Assembly: GCA_964499705.1 (NCBI GenBank)
Contig: CAZCME010000013.1
Span: forward strand, 45,217 to 109,216
Direction of reading: 5' to 3'
Length of the DNA: 64,000 bases
Source: an uncultured bacterium
GTDB lineage: Bacteria; UBA8481
The translations under genes and the position numbers were made by a program. Shown piece after piece: positions 42,591-51,612 of this stretch (its first letter is position 1; each line of letters opens with the position of its first letter). Below the pieces are notes generated by a model. It was given only the letters and a program-made list of their open reading frames with translations, did no database searches and had not been told where the DNA came from.

Positions 42591-44138
42591 ATGAAATGGA
42601 ACAGCTACGATTTCGTTCTCTCCGCTGACGCCCAGTGGAACGGCGCGAGCCAGGATTATATCCGCGACCTCCGGGAGTATCGCCGCGCCGATCTGAAGAG
42701 CGAATACCAGACGATCGTCTCTCCGGAACTGCATCGACTGTTGCCTCGACGGGCCGGACGAACGTTCGAGTCGGCCGACCAGAGCACATGCGTCCGGGTC
42801 AGGGCGATCGACCAGCGGATCGGATTCCCGGCGGAGTTCTTCCAGTGCATGCTCCAGAAGCCCCAGCACTACGTCGACTACCACAGCCGGCATCCGGCAT
42901 TCATGAGCCTCGTGCGGAACAATCACGCGAAGCTGAACGAAATCCTGGACGCGGGATTCCGCGCCTATTACGCGCGCGGCGTCTCTCCCGATCATGCGAT
43001 CTACGACGAGATCGACCGGCTCTTCCGCAGTGAAGACGCGGAAATGCGCGGGATGCTGAAGGGATACCTCACGCAGAAGCCGCAGCGCGCGATCTTCCTC
43101 ATCGACGTGGAGTCGGCACCGGCATCGCTGCCGTGGCTGGAGCCCGTCTACCAGACGATCAAGCACCACCTGCTGAACTGGGGGATCGACCACATCGCGG
43201 TCCTGACCGGAAAAGGTTATCACTTTGTTACGCAGGTTCCGCTGTATGCGGAACGCGGCATCCACGACGGCAAGGCGCATCTGAACTATGCAATGCTGAA
43301 CCTCATGGCGCGCGGCGGTCCCGTCAAACCCGAGACGCTCGACGGGCTCGTGTCCGTCCGCTGGGGCAGCCGTAAGCAGTCTCCGACGCCCCTCCTGTCG
43401 CAACGCTCCTACCAGGGCATGTGGAAGCTGCAGCAGTTTTTTCTCGTCAACATCGCCGACGACATCCGGCGCCAGCTCTCTCGCGCGAGGATGAATCCGT
43501 GGGTCAACTTCAGCGACACGGAGAAGGAGACCGTCATCCTGGACACGACGAGCATGCTGCGGCAGGTGGAGATGGGCGTCTTCGGCAGCGTCGGAAGCCT
43601 GTACAACAAGAAGAGAAATCCGCCGAAGGTCCGGATCATCCGCAGCCGGAACGGGCACGAATTCTTCCGGAACGACCTGAACTGGATGCTCTCCACGCGA
43701 ACCGATCTCGGCGCCGTGAAGCACCACCTCGTCCACACCGGTGGCCGCATCCCCGACGGCTCGCGTGGCATCGAGAACATGATCCACGGGTATGATTCCA
43801 GCCGGATGAAACGCGAACTGCACGACCCCTGCGACCGACCGCTCTCGCCGGAATGGATCTCCGAGATCTTTCAGTCGAACTACCGCATCATCTGGCAGCG
43901 GTGCCCGGAGATCCTCTCCCACATCGAGCACGCCCAGCCGAATTTCCTGAATCCGTCATGTCTCTCTTATGTCTATCGCCGCCTGGCCGCGCGCGGATTC
44001 TCCGTGCCGGAGATGATGACGATCACGAAGGCGGTGTACTGCGATCCGGCCAAGAACGTTCAGATCGACGGCAAGTATTCAAAGGACGAATGGTGCCGGT
44101 GGCCCGAGCTGCTGCTGGGAGAGTGGTTCAAGGGGTAG
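42591..44138 (+). CDS. Hypothetical protein, 515 aa, no recognisable domain
   Basis: Long ORF with genome-typical codon usage and non-repetitive composition; several His-rich segments (WGIDHIAVLTGKGYHF, HHLVHTGGRIPDG) but no motif I can assign. Confidence 0.55.
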   Translation: MKWNSYDFVLSADAQWNGASQDYIRDLREYRRADLKSEYQTIVSPELHRLLPRRAGRTFESADQSTCVRVRAIDQRIGFPAEFFQCMLQKPQHYVDYHSRHPAFMSLVRNNHAKLNEILDAGFRAYYARGVSPDHAIYDEIDRLFRSEDAEMRGMLKGYLTQKPQRAIFLIDVESAPASLPWLEPVYQTIKHHLLNWGIDHIAVLTGKGYHFVTQVPLYAERGIHDGKAHLNYAMLNLMARGGPVKPETLDGLVSVRWGSRKQSPTPLLSQRSYQGMWKLQQFFLVNIADDIRRQLSRARMNPWVNFSDTEKETVILDTTSMLRQVEMGVFGSVGSLYNKKRNPPKVRIIRSRNGHEFFRNDLNWMLSTRTDLGAVKHHLVHTGGRIPDGSRGIENMIHGYDSSRMKRELHDPCDRPLSPEWISEIFQSNYRIIWQRCPEILSHIEHAQPNFLNPSCLSYVYRRLAARGFSVPEMMTITKAVYCDPAKNVQIDGKYSKDEWCRWPELLLGEWFKG

Positions 44139-45037
44139 TGCTCACCACGATCACGTTCAGCTCCCGCGACCGGGAGACGGTTCAGGACCTGGACGAACGC
44201 TTCCATCGATCCGATGCCTGCGACCCCTGGGTCAAATCCTTCTTTATCCACGCTTATCGCGATCTCTTCGACGACATCAGGAGCGTCGCGCCGGCGGTCG
44301 CCGTGCCGTACAACTGCGGAACGCTCATCGCCGCTCCCAACGGCAAGCTCGTCGGCATCGACCTGACGCTTCTGGAGAATTATTACGGCGGTCGCGACTG
44401 GAATGTGCCGGGCTGGCTGTACGATCTCATCTCCGACCGTCTCGACGTCCTCATCGTCTCGCACGGGCACTGGGATCATTGCTGGGTGGAACTCATCTGG
44501 AGCATGATCCGGAAGGGCAAGACCGTGATCGTGCCGGAGGGAATCCGCACCTGCGCGCCCAAGTTCCTGCCGCAGGGGTGTCGCGGTGTAGCGGACGACG
44601 CGCGCTTCTGGTGGAACGGGCTCCATTTCGCCTTTCACCACAACAGGCACGTGTACGACGGCGGACGCGGCATGAATGTCCTGACGACGCGCATCTGGGA
44701 CGGCCGGAACGTCTACCTGCACACATCTGATGCGGACCCCACCGACGAGGAGCGATTCCGCTGGCACGATCCTCATCCTGTCGATGTGCTCCTCTTCAAG
44801 TTCGGCGGCGTCTCCCCCTTCGTCTCCGACTACGACGCCCTGGTCCGGACCGTGGACCTGATCTCCCCCCGAAAGCTCCTGCTGCCCATTCACCTGAACG
44901 AATTCGGCCATCGGGGCACGGGAGCCGCTCTGCCGTATGGGCACACGTATGACGTCTTCGAGAGGTATCGCGCGGAGGGTCGGCTCGGGTCGAGGCGGTA
45001 TGCCGTCCTCTTCGGGAACAGGATAGTCCGTCTGTAG
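44138..45037 (+). CDS. MBL-fold metallo-hydrolase-like protein
   Basis: Reading frame of ORF 43853..45037; contains VLIVSHGHWDHCW (HxHxDH) before the first internal ATG, so the start must be the GTG at 44138 overlapping the upstream stop (AAGGGG just 5'). Start uncertain. Confidence 0.5.
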   Translation: MLTTITFSSRDRETVQDLDERFHRSDACDPWVKSFFIHAYRDLFDDIRSVAPAVAVPYNCGTLIAAPNGKLVGIDLTLLENYYGGRDWNVPGWLYDLISDRLDVLIVSHGHWDHCWVELIWSMIRKGKTVIVPEGIRTCAPKFLPQGCRGVADDARFWWNGLHFAFHHNRHVYDGGRGMNVLTTRIWDGRNVYLHTSDADPTDEERFRWHDPHPVDVLLFKFGGVSPFVSDYDALVRTVDLISPRKLLLPIHLNEFGHRGTGAALPYGHTYDVFERYRAEGRLGSRRYAVLFGNRIVRL

Positions 45038-45040
45038 GGA

Positions 45041-45069
45041 GGGGAAATTCTATGTTGGAGAATGTCCCC
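45041..45069 (+). repeat. Degenerate hairpin copy of the 28-bp repeat family, copy 6
   Basis: GGGGAAATTCT-ATGTTGG-AGAATGTCCCC: the right half matches the family consensus (ATGTTGGAGAATGTCCCC), the left arm is its near-complement. Confidence 0.6.
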
Positions 45070-45283
45070 TTGACGCTGCGGCTTTCTCTTCGATATAGTT
45101 TCTCCTGAAGGATCCCTGATCCTTCCAAGCAGAGGCACCCGCCTCTCACCTCGCAGCCTGCCGCTGTTTCCGGCGCGGACTTGCGCGACCGAGGTTTTCG
45201 TGTTTTGCCTGTGACGACGTGTGTCCAGGGGGCGGGTATCCAAGGATCGGCCGGACAGCGCAGTTGAACAAGGAGACCGCGGA

Positions 45284-45796
45284 ATCAGCAAAGGAAAGCT
45301 CAGAATCAACGAGGACATCAACGTTCGCGAAGTGAGGCTGATCGGGGAAAATTCCGAGCAGCTCGGAATCGTCAGCAAGGAAGAGGCTCTGGCAAAGGCT
45401 CGCGCCGCCGGCCTCGATCTCTGCGAAATCGCAGCGAATGCGAAGCCGCCCGTCTGCAAGCTCATGGATTTCGGGAAATACAAGTACGAAATGCAGAAGA
45501 AGCTGAAGGAAGCGCGGAAGAAGCAGAAGGTGATCCACGTCAAGGAAGTCAAGCTCTCCCCCAAGATCAACGAACACGACTACCTCAACAAGTACAACGC
45601 GGTGGAACGGTTCATATCCGAGGGAGACAAGGTGAAGGTGACGATGGTATTTCGAGGCCGCGAGGGAGCACATCCCGAGTTCGGCGCGAAGATCATCAAC
45701 AGGCTGGTCGAACAGATCAAGACAACGGCTCAGATCGACCGCATGCCCAAGCAGGAAGGCAACCAACTCTCGGTGATCCTCTCCCCGATGCCCTAG
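45284..45796 (+). CDS. infC: Translation initiation factor IF-3, probable non-AUG (AUC) start
   Basis: ORF 45221..45796 (GTG in track) is IF-3-like (KLRINEDINVREVRLIGENSEQLGIV...PPVCKLMDFGKYKYE...). A strong AAGGAG at 45270..45275 sits 8 nt before an in-frame ATC at 45284; no Shine-Dalgarno precedes the GTG. Confidence 0.75.
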   Translation: MSKGKLRINEDINVREVRLIGENSEQLGIVSKEEALAKARAAGLDLCEIAANAKPPVCKLMDFGKYKYEMQKKLKEARKKQKVIHVKEVKLSPKINEHDYLNKYNAVERFISEGDKVKVTMVFRGREGAHPEFGAKIINRLVEQIKTTAQIDRMPKQEGNQLSVILSPMP

Positions 45797-45857
45797 GCTC
45801 GGATGAAGGCATCGCCCGGGAACCGGCGCTGCCTTGTGGAAGAGGAGAAAGAAGAGT

Positions 45858-46049
45858 ATGCCCAAATTGAAATCGCACAGCGGAGCCAAGAAGAGGTTCC
45901 GCGTCACCGCGAGCGGGAAAGTCACCAGCAAGAAGGCCGGCCGGAAGCACAACCTTTCCCATAAAGCCCGGAACCGCATGCGCAAATTGAGGACCGGACT
46001 TGTTCTGGCGCCCGTCGAGACGAAAAAGGTTCTCGGCGTTCTGAAATAA
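45858..46049 (+). CDS. rpmI: 50S ribosomal protein L35
   Basis: ORF 45834..46049 trimmed to Met 45858: MPKLKSHSGAKKRFRVTASGKV... Confidence 0.9.
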   Translation: MPKLKSHSGAKKRFRVTASGKVTSKKAGRKHNLSHKARNRMRKLRTGLVLAPVETKKVLGVLK

Positions 46050-46061
46050 GGAGACACTACA

Positions 46062-46451
46062 ATGCCAAGAGCCAAGGGCGCTTCATCGCGCCAGAAGAGA
46101 CACAAGATATTCAAACTCGCGGAAGGAATGCGCGGAGGCCGGTCGAAGCTGTACAAGACGGCCAAGGAATCGGTCATTCGAGCGCTCTCGTTCTCATACC
46201 GCGACCGCAAGACGAAGAAGCGCGAGTACCGCGCTCTCTGGATCGCCCGCATCAACGCAGCGACCCGCAACTCCGGAATGAGCTACAGCCGCTTCATCGA
46301 CGGGCTTAAAAAAGCCGGCGTCGATATCAACCGCAAGATGCTTTCCGAGCTGGCGGTCAACAGTCCGGACGCGATGAACAACCTCATCGAGATCGCCCGT
46401 TCGCAGCAGGCAGCGGAGAATCCGGTCGCGACTTCTGCACAGCAGGGATAG
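46062..46451 (+). CDS. rplT: 50S ribosomal protein L20
   Basis: MPRAKGASSRQKRHKIFKLAEG...YRDRKTKKREYRALWIARINAA is L20-like. Confidence 0.9.
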   Translation: MPRAKGASSRQKRHKIFKLAEGMRGGRSKLYKTAKESVIRALSFSYRDRKTKKREYRALWIARINAATRNSGMSYSRFIDGLKKAGVDINRKMLSELAVNSPDAMNNLIEIARSQQAAENPVATSAQQG

Positions 46452-46499
46452 AGGCGGAACCATTTCCACCTGGCGTACCGGAGCCGGGATCACACGCGC

Positions 46500-47603
46500 A
46501 TGAATGAGCGGTTGCGCGCGCTCCGGGACGAAGCGCTCGGCCGGATCGAGGCGGCATCGGCCGCGGAGCTGGAGAACCTGCGCGTCAGCTATCTGGGCCG
46601 CAAGAGCGAGCTGAAGTCCCTCTTGAAGACGCTCGGGTCCCTCTCCCCGGAAGAACGCCCCGCGTTCGGAGCCGCCGTCAACGCGGCGGTGCGGGAGATC
46701 GAGGGGCGGATCGAGGCGCGCCTGGAGCAGCTCTCCACGACCTCGAGCGGGCCGCTCATCGATTTCACGCGCCCCGGGTTCGCGCGTCGCCAGGGACTTC
46801 CGCACCCCATTATTTCCACGATCGAACAGATCACTCAAATCTTCGTCCGGCTCGGATACGGCGTCGCCGACGGACCCGACATCGAGGATGACGCGCACAA
46901 TTTCCGCGACCTGAATTTCCCTCCGGATCATCCCGCGCGCGACGCTCAGGATACATTTTTCGTCAAGCGACATCCGATCGGCGACAATCCCCTGCTGCTC
47001 CGCACGCATACCTCGCCTGTCCAGATCCGCGTCATGGAGGCGATGACTCCTCCCCTGTCCATCATCATCCCGGGCCGGACCTACCGCGCGGATGCCCAGG
47101 ACGCGACGCACTCCCCGATCTTCCACCAGGTCGAAGGGCTCGTCGTCGGATACCACATCTCGATGGCCGATCTGAAGGGGACGCTGGAACATTTCGCGCA
47201 GGAATTCTTCGGCCCGAAATTCCACGTCCGGTTCCGGCCGTCGTTCTTTCCCTTCACCGAACCGTCCGCCGAAGTCGATGTCTCCTGCGTCGCCTGTCGC
47301 GGCGACGGTCGTTCCGTTCCTCCCTGGACGTCCCCGGCGTCTCCCGCGCACGCGGGAGCGGGCGCCTCATGCCGCGTCTGCCGGGGCACCGGTTGGCTGG
47401 AAATTCTCGGCGCGGGCATGGTGGATCAGAACGTCTTCGAAGCGGTCTGCGCCAGGCGCGGCGACCGCGTCTACGACCCTGAAAAAATCTCCGGATTCGC
47501 CTTCGGAATGGGAGTGGAACGCGTGACGATGCTCCGCCACGGCGTCGACGACCTGCGGCTCTTCTTCGAAAACGATCCGCGATTTCTCGCGATGCTGGCA
47601 TGA
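46500..47603 (+). CDS. pheS: Phenylalanine--tRNA ligase alpha subunit
   Basis: Class II aaRS motifs (FRPSFFPFTEPSAEVDV, GFAFGMGVERVTMLRHGVDDLR); carries an extended double-CxxC insertion between them. Confidence 0.9.
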   Translation: MNERLRALRDEALGRIEAASAAELENLRVSYLGRKSELKSLLKTLGSLSPEERPAFGAAVNAAVREIEGRIEARLEQLSTTSSGPLIDFTRPGFARRQGLPHPIISTIEQITQIFVRLGYGVADGPDIEDDAHNFRDLNFPPDHPARDAQDTFFVKRHPIGDNPLLLRTHTSPVQIRVMEAMTPPLSIIIPGRTYRADAQDATHSPIFHQVEGLVVGYHISMADLKGTLEHFAQEFFGPKFHVRFRPSFFPFTEPSAEVDVSCVACRGDGRSVPPWTSPASPAHAGAGASCRVCRGTGWLEILGAGMVDQNVFEAVCARRGDRVYDPEKISGFAFGMGVERVTMLRHGVDDLRLFFENDPRFLAMLA

Positions 47604-47613
47604 GCGATCCGCG

Positions 47614-49650
47614 ATGAGAATTCTCCGTTCGTGGCTGTCGGAATTCGTCGACCTCGACAGCATCCATGATGACGACACGCTCGCGGCGCTCTTTTCCCGC
47701 GCGGGCATCGAGGTGGCGGCGCGCATGCCCTCGGAAACCGGCACGATCTTCGAGGTCGAGGTGACGGCCAACCGACCGGACCTGCTCTGCCACAGGGGCG
47801 TCGCCCGGGAACTGGCCGCGCTGATGGAGACTCCGATGAAGCCGTCGACGGCCGGAGCCGAACTCGATTCCGGAGGCACCTATCCGATCCAGATTCTCGC
47901 TCCCCAGTGTTCCCGTTACAGCGGCGTCGTCCTGAGAAACATCACGGTGACGGAGGCGCCGTCGTGGATGGCCGATCGGATCAGCGCCATGGATCTGAAA
48001 CCGATCTCCAACGTCGTCGACGCCACCAACTACGCGCTCTTCGAGCTGAATCATCCGCTGCACGCCTTCGATCTCGACAAGCTCGACGGCGAGATCCAGG
48101 TCCGCCACGCGCGCGACGGAGAACGGATCGCTCTCCTCGACGGAACCGACCGGCTCCTGACGCGCGACGACCTCGTGATCGCGGATTCGAGGCGCGCCGT
48201 CGCCCTCGCGGGCGTGATGGGCGGCGCGGACACGGCCGTGACGACGGAGACGAAGAATCTCCTCCTGGAGGCCGCCTGGTTCGATCCGGCCGCCGTCCGG
48301 AAGACCGCGCGACGGCTCGGCATCTCCACCGATTCGTCGTATCGCTTCGAGCGCGGCGCCGATCCGGAGGGAACGATCCCCGCGTTGAAACTGCTCGTCT
48401 CGCTCATCCAGAACACGGCCGGAGGCGAGATCGAGCATGGCGTCCACGATGTCCGTCGCGAGCCGGTGCAGGCGCGATTCGCCGCGATGCGGCCCGGAAG
48501 AATCCGGGACATGCTCGGCCATGACGTGGAGCGATGGGAAGGCAAGCTCAACGCCATCGGCGTCACCGTCGCCGGCGGCCAGGCCATCCTGCCTTCATGG
48601 CGTCCCGATCTCTCGCGGGAAATCGATCTCATCGAGGAACTCGCGCGCCTCGACGGATACGACAAGATCCGAGCGACGCTCCCGTTTCGCGCGGGGCGCA
48701 CGCGCGATTTCCATTACGAGCATGCCGATGCGTCGCGGTATCGCTCCCTGAAGGAATCCATCGCCGATTTCGCGACCGCGCAGGGATTCGATCGATGCCT
48801 CAATTTTTCCTTCGATCGCCCCGAAGGAGGCGACGTCGAGCTTCTCAATCCCATCAACGCCGAAGAATCCGTGCTCCGCGGCTCGCTCCTGCCGTCCCTC
48901 CTCCGGACCGCCGGACTTCGCGCCGACCGCGCGGGCGAGAATTCCGCGTTTCTTTTCGAGATGGACAAGATCTTCAGAAACGGGGATGCGGCGCCCGAGG
49001 AGCGGGATTGCGCCGCGTTCCTTTTGTCCGGCCGCGCGGAGGATCGCCGCTATGACGGCCGTGCGGCCGACGAGATCACGATCGATCATCTGCTCGGAAT
49101 CCTCCGCGCTCTCTCGAACACGCTCCGGGTGCGGATCGAATATCGCCCTGGAAATTCCGACGGTCTCTTCCAGGCTCGATTCGCCGGAGCCCTGTTCCAG
49201 ACGTTCGCCGCGATTCTCGCGAACGATGCTCCCTGCGGAATCGCGGGAGAAATCCGGTCGAACGGAGGAGCGAAAGTCTACGGCGCGGAGCTCGATCTGT
49301 ATGCGCTGCACGGGATCGTCGCGGAGTTCGCGCCACCGCGCTACGAGCCACTGCCCCGCTATCCGGGTTCTACGAGGGATCTGGCTTTCTGGATCGCTTC
49401 CGACACGCTTGTCGGTTCCCTCGTGGATGCCGCGCGCGCGGCCGGAGTGGATATCCTGGAGAGTTGCGAGATATTCGACGTCTTCACGGCGAAGGCCGCC
49501 GCCGGCGCGGTCCCGAGGAAATCGGTCGCGCTCCGGCTGAGCTTCCGTTCGAAAGACCGGACGCTGACGGAGGAGGAAGTGGCGGAGGGCACGCGTCGGA
49601 TCAAGGAGAGGATCTGCGCCGCATGCGGCGGGGAGCTTCGCGCGTCATGA
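47614..49650 (+). CDS. pheT: Phenylalanine--tRNA ligase beta subunit (short form)
   Basis: 678-aa ORF with B3/4 and B5-like regions and C-terminal FDVF...RLSFRSKDRTLTEEEV anticodon-binding-like end; directly follows pheS. Confidence 0.85.
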   Translation: MRILRSWLSEFVDLDSIHDDDTLAALFSRAGIEVAARMPSETGTIFEVEVTANRPDLLCHRGVARELAALMETPMKPSTAGAELDSGGTYPIQILAPQCSRYSGVVLRNITVTEAPSWMADRISAMDLKPISNVVDATNYALFELNHPLHAFDLDKLDGEIQVRHARDGERIALLDGTDRLLTRDDLVIADSRRAVALAGVMGGADTAVTTETKNLLLEAAWFDPAAVRKTARRLGISTDSSYRFERGADPEGTIPALKLLVSLIQNTAGGEIEHGVHDVRREPVQARFAAMRPGRIRDMLGHDVERWEGKLNAIGVTVAGGQAILPSWRPDLSREIDLIEELARLDGYDKIRATLPFRAGRTRDFHYEHADASRYRSLKESIADFATAQGFDRCLNFSFDRPEGGDVELLNPINAEESVLRGSLLPSLLRTAGLRADRAGENSAFLFEMDKIFRNGDAAPEERDCAAFLLSGRAEDRRYDGRAADEITIDHLLGILRALSNTLRVRIEYRPGNSDGLFQARFAGALFQTFAAILANDAPCGIAGEIRSNGGAKVYGAELDLYALHGIVAEFAPPRYEPLPRYPGSTRDLAFWIASDTLVGSLVDAARAAGVDILESCEIFDVFTAKAAAGAVPRKSVALRLSFRSKDRTLTEEEVAEGTRRIKERICAACGGELRAS

Positions 49651-49889
49651 GCGTTGTGAATCTCGACGATCTCGAGAATGCCGTGGAGCGTCTGATCGGC
49701 GCGCTCGTCGCGGAACGGTCGCGGAAGAAGGAACTGATGATCCGGCTCGCGGAGCAGGAAGCGCGCCTGGAGAAGGAACCGTTCGAGGTCGAGACGCTGC
49801 GGAAGGAAAACGCCCGCCTGAAGCGGAACTGCTCGATCGCGGCGGAGAAGATCGAGGAGCTCCTCGCCAAAATGGATACGCCCACATGA
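49647..49889 (+). CDS. Small coiled-coil protein (ZapB-like), hypothetical
   Basis: ATG 49647 overlaps the pheT stop; 80-aa heptad-rich MSVVNLDDLENAVERLIGALVAERSRKKELMIRLAEQEARLEKEPFEVETLRKENARLKRN...; the longer track ORF 49464..49889 is out of frame upstream. Confidence 0.45.
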   Translation: MSVVNLDDLENAVERLIGALVAERSRKKELMIRLAEQEARLEKEPFEVETLRKENARLKRNCSIAAEKIEELLAKMDTPT

Positions 49890-50167
49890 AGCAGACGGTC
49901 CATGTCATGGGGCAGAACGTGACGGTCAACACCGCCTCCACCGATCCCGTCTATGCTCACGATGTGGCTCAGCACGTGAACCAGGTCTCCGCTCGTATTG
50001 CGGCCCAGCTTCCGAAGATCTCCCGGGAGATGCTCGCCATCATGACCGCGATGGAAATATCGGATGAACTCTTCCGGCAGACATCCAGCGCCCTTCCGGA
50101 AGGCCGCCGGCCGAAGGCGCGGATCGAGACCCTCCTGAAGCGGATCAACGACGCGATAGGAAACTGA
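49886..50167 (+). CDS. zapA: Cell division protein ZapA
   Basis: 93-aa ORF; VHVMGQNVTVNTASTDPVYAHDVAQHVNQ...MLAIMTAMEISDELF fits the ZapA pattern; start overlaps the upstream stop. Confidence 0.65.
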   Translation: MKQTVHVMGQNVTVNTASTDPVYAHDVAQHVNQVSARIAAQLPKISREMLAIMTAMEISDELFRQTSSALPEGRRPKARIETLLKRINDAIGN

Positions 50168-50225
50168 TCTCTTCGGTTGCTAACCCCTTGACCATCACGC
50201 GCCGGATGATTACGCTCGCGGCAGG

Positions 50226-51605
50226 ATGAATCATTCGGGCCGATCGCTTCTCCTTCTCTTCCTCCTGATCCTCTTCTCCTCCTGTACCCCCACAAGGCTC
50301 GCTGTCACTTCGACGCCGACCGGCGCCGTGGAAATCGACGGTCGCGAGCGAGGCATGACTCCTGTCACCATCGAAACCGAGTCGGGCCGGACGCACGACA
50401 TCGTCGTTTCGGCGGCGGGATACGAGAACTGGCGTTCCCGCGTCCGCGTCGAGCGGGACCAGGAAGTTCATGCGATCCTGACGCGCACACCTCCGCCCGT
50501 GACCGTCAAGGAAACCGTCGAAGTGCCGACCGCGTCCCGGACAAGGCTCGCGGTCTTCGTCGAACCGGACGGGGGCGAGGTCTGGGTCGATGGAAAGAGT
50601 CGCGGCATGGCCCGGGCCGACCGGCCTGTCGAGGTCGTGTACACGACGAATCCGACGCTGGCCGACGTGGTCGTGACGCGCGAGGGCTTCCGGAAATGGA
50701 CGCGGTCCGTGGATCTCGAATCGGGCCGCGAGAACCGCGTCATCATCCGCATGGAACCGCTCGCGGCCTGGTACACGTTCACCTCCGACGCGGAGATGCT
50801 CCGCAACACCGTCAGCCAGGTCGTATCCTCCACGGCGAACCTGCCATCCCTCGACCGATCTTCGAAAATCGCCGTGCTCTCCATCGCTCACGGCGAAGGC
50901 TCCGACGAGCCGCTGCAATCGCTCCTCGACGACGCCTTCATAACCACGCTCGCCCAGGCGGGATTTTCTCCGGCGGAAAACGACGACCACATGCTGGTGC
51001 AGCTGGCGCATTCCGCTTCCGGAGATTCCATCCCCATCAACGTGATCACGGACAACAAGGGCCCTGACCGGCCGTTCGTTTACGACGCGGAAATCGCGAC
51101 GAAGAGAACCGAGCGCGCGGTGGACGCCCTCCCGGTCACGATCACATCGAGCGTGAGAACGACAACCGAGGATGACGACGTGACGACGGAATCGACGACG
51201 ATCCGGACGGAAACGGTGATGAAGGAGCGGACGCGGCAGATTCCCATCACGGCTTACATTCCCACGGCCGACCAGTTCCTGGCGTATCGCGTCCTGGATT
51301 GCGGGATCTCCAAGACGCCGATCGAGGAGGGAGAAGCGCGCGAGGAGAACATGCTGTATCGCCGCGCCGAATTGCGCGTTCACCTGCGCGTCATCAACGC
51401 CAAGACAGGGATCATCACGTGGGCCGGATTCCTGACCGGGAGAACCGCGGATGAAATTCCCGTGCGCGTCAGCATGGACCTGGCGAATCCGCCGAACCGC
51501 ATGTATGCCGATCCGCTTCCGGACTCGTGGCAGAAATTGCGTCACCCTCCGTCCCGAAGGGTGAACATGGATGTACCGGCCGTCGTCTCCCCCACGCCGC
51601 GCTGA
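50226..51605 (+). CDS. PEGA-domain lipoprotein, paralog 1
   Basis: Signal/lipobox-like N-terminus (LLLLFLLILFSSCTPTRLA) then two PEGA-like beta modules (AVEIDGRERGMTPVT..., EVWVDGKSRGMAR...) and a C-terminal domain sharing blocks with the downstream paralog (KGPDRPFVYDA). Confidence 0.6.
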   Translation: MNHSGRSLLLLFLLILFSSCTPTRLAVTSTPTGAVEIDGRERGMTPVTIETESGRTHDIVVSAAGYENWRSRVRVERDQEVHAILTRTPPPVTVKETVEVPTASRTRLAVFVEPDGGEVWVDGKSRGMARADRPVEVVYTTNPTLADVVVTREGFRKWTRSVDLESGRENRVIIRMEPLAAWYTFTSDAEMLRNTVSQVVSSTANLPSLDRSSKIAVLSIAHGEGSDEPLQSLLDDAFITTLAQAGFSPAENDDHMLVQLAHSASGDSIPINVITDNKGPDRPFVYDAEIATKRTERAVDALPVTITSSVRTTTEDDDVTTESTTIRTETVMKERTRQIPITAYIPTADQFLAYRVLDCGISKTPIEEGEAREENMLYRRAELRVHLRVINAKTGIITWAGFLTGRTADEIPVRVSMDLANPPNRMYADPLPDSWQKLRHPPSRRVNMDVPAVVSPTPR

Positions 51606-51612
51606 ACTTTCT

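Noticed and set aside
2201-45069. Possibility that the 28-bp repeats form a CRISPR array
   Set aside because: Copies are dispersed over 43 kb, occur in both orientations as inverted doublets, and lack regular repeat-spacer periodicity or nearby cas genes.
42558-47351. Minus-strand ORFs 42558..43931, 44060..44944, 44890..45570, 45146..46270, 46194..47351
   Set aside because: Antisense to the 515-aa/MBL pair and to infC-rpmI-rplT-pheS; no motifs and Arg/Gly/Pro-rich.
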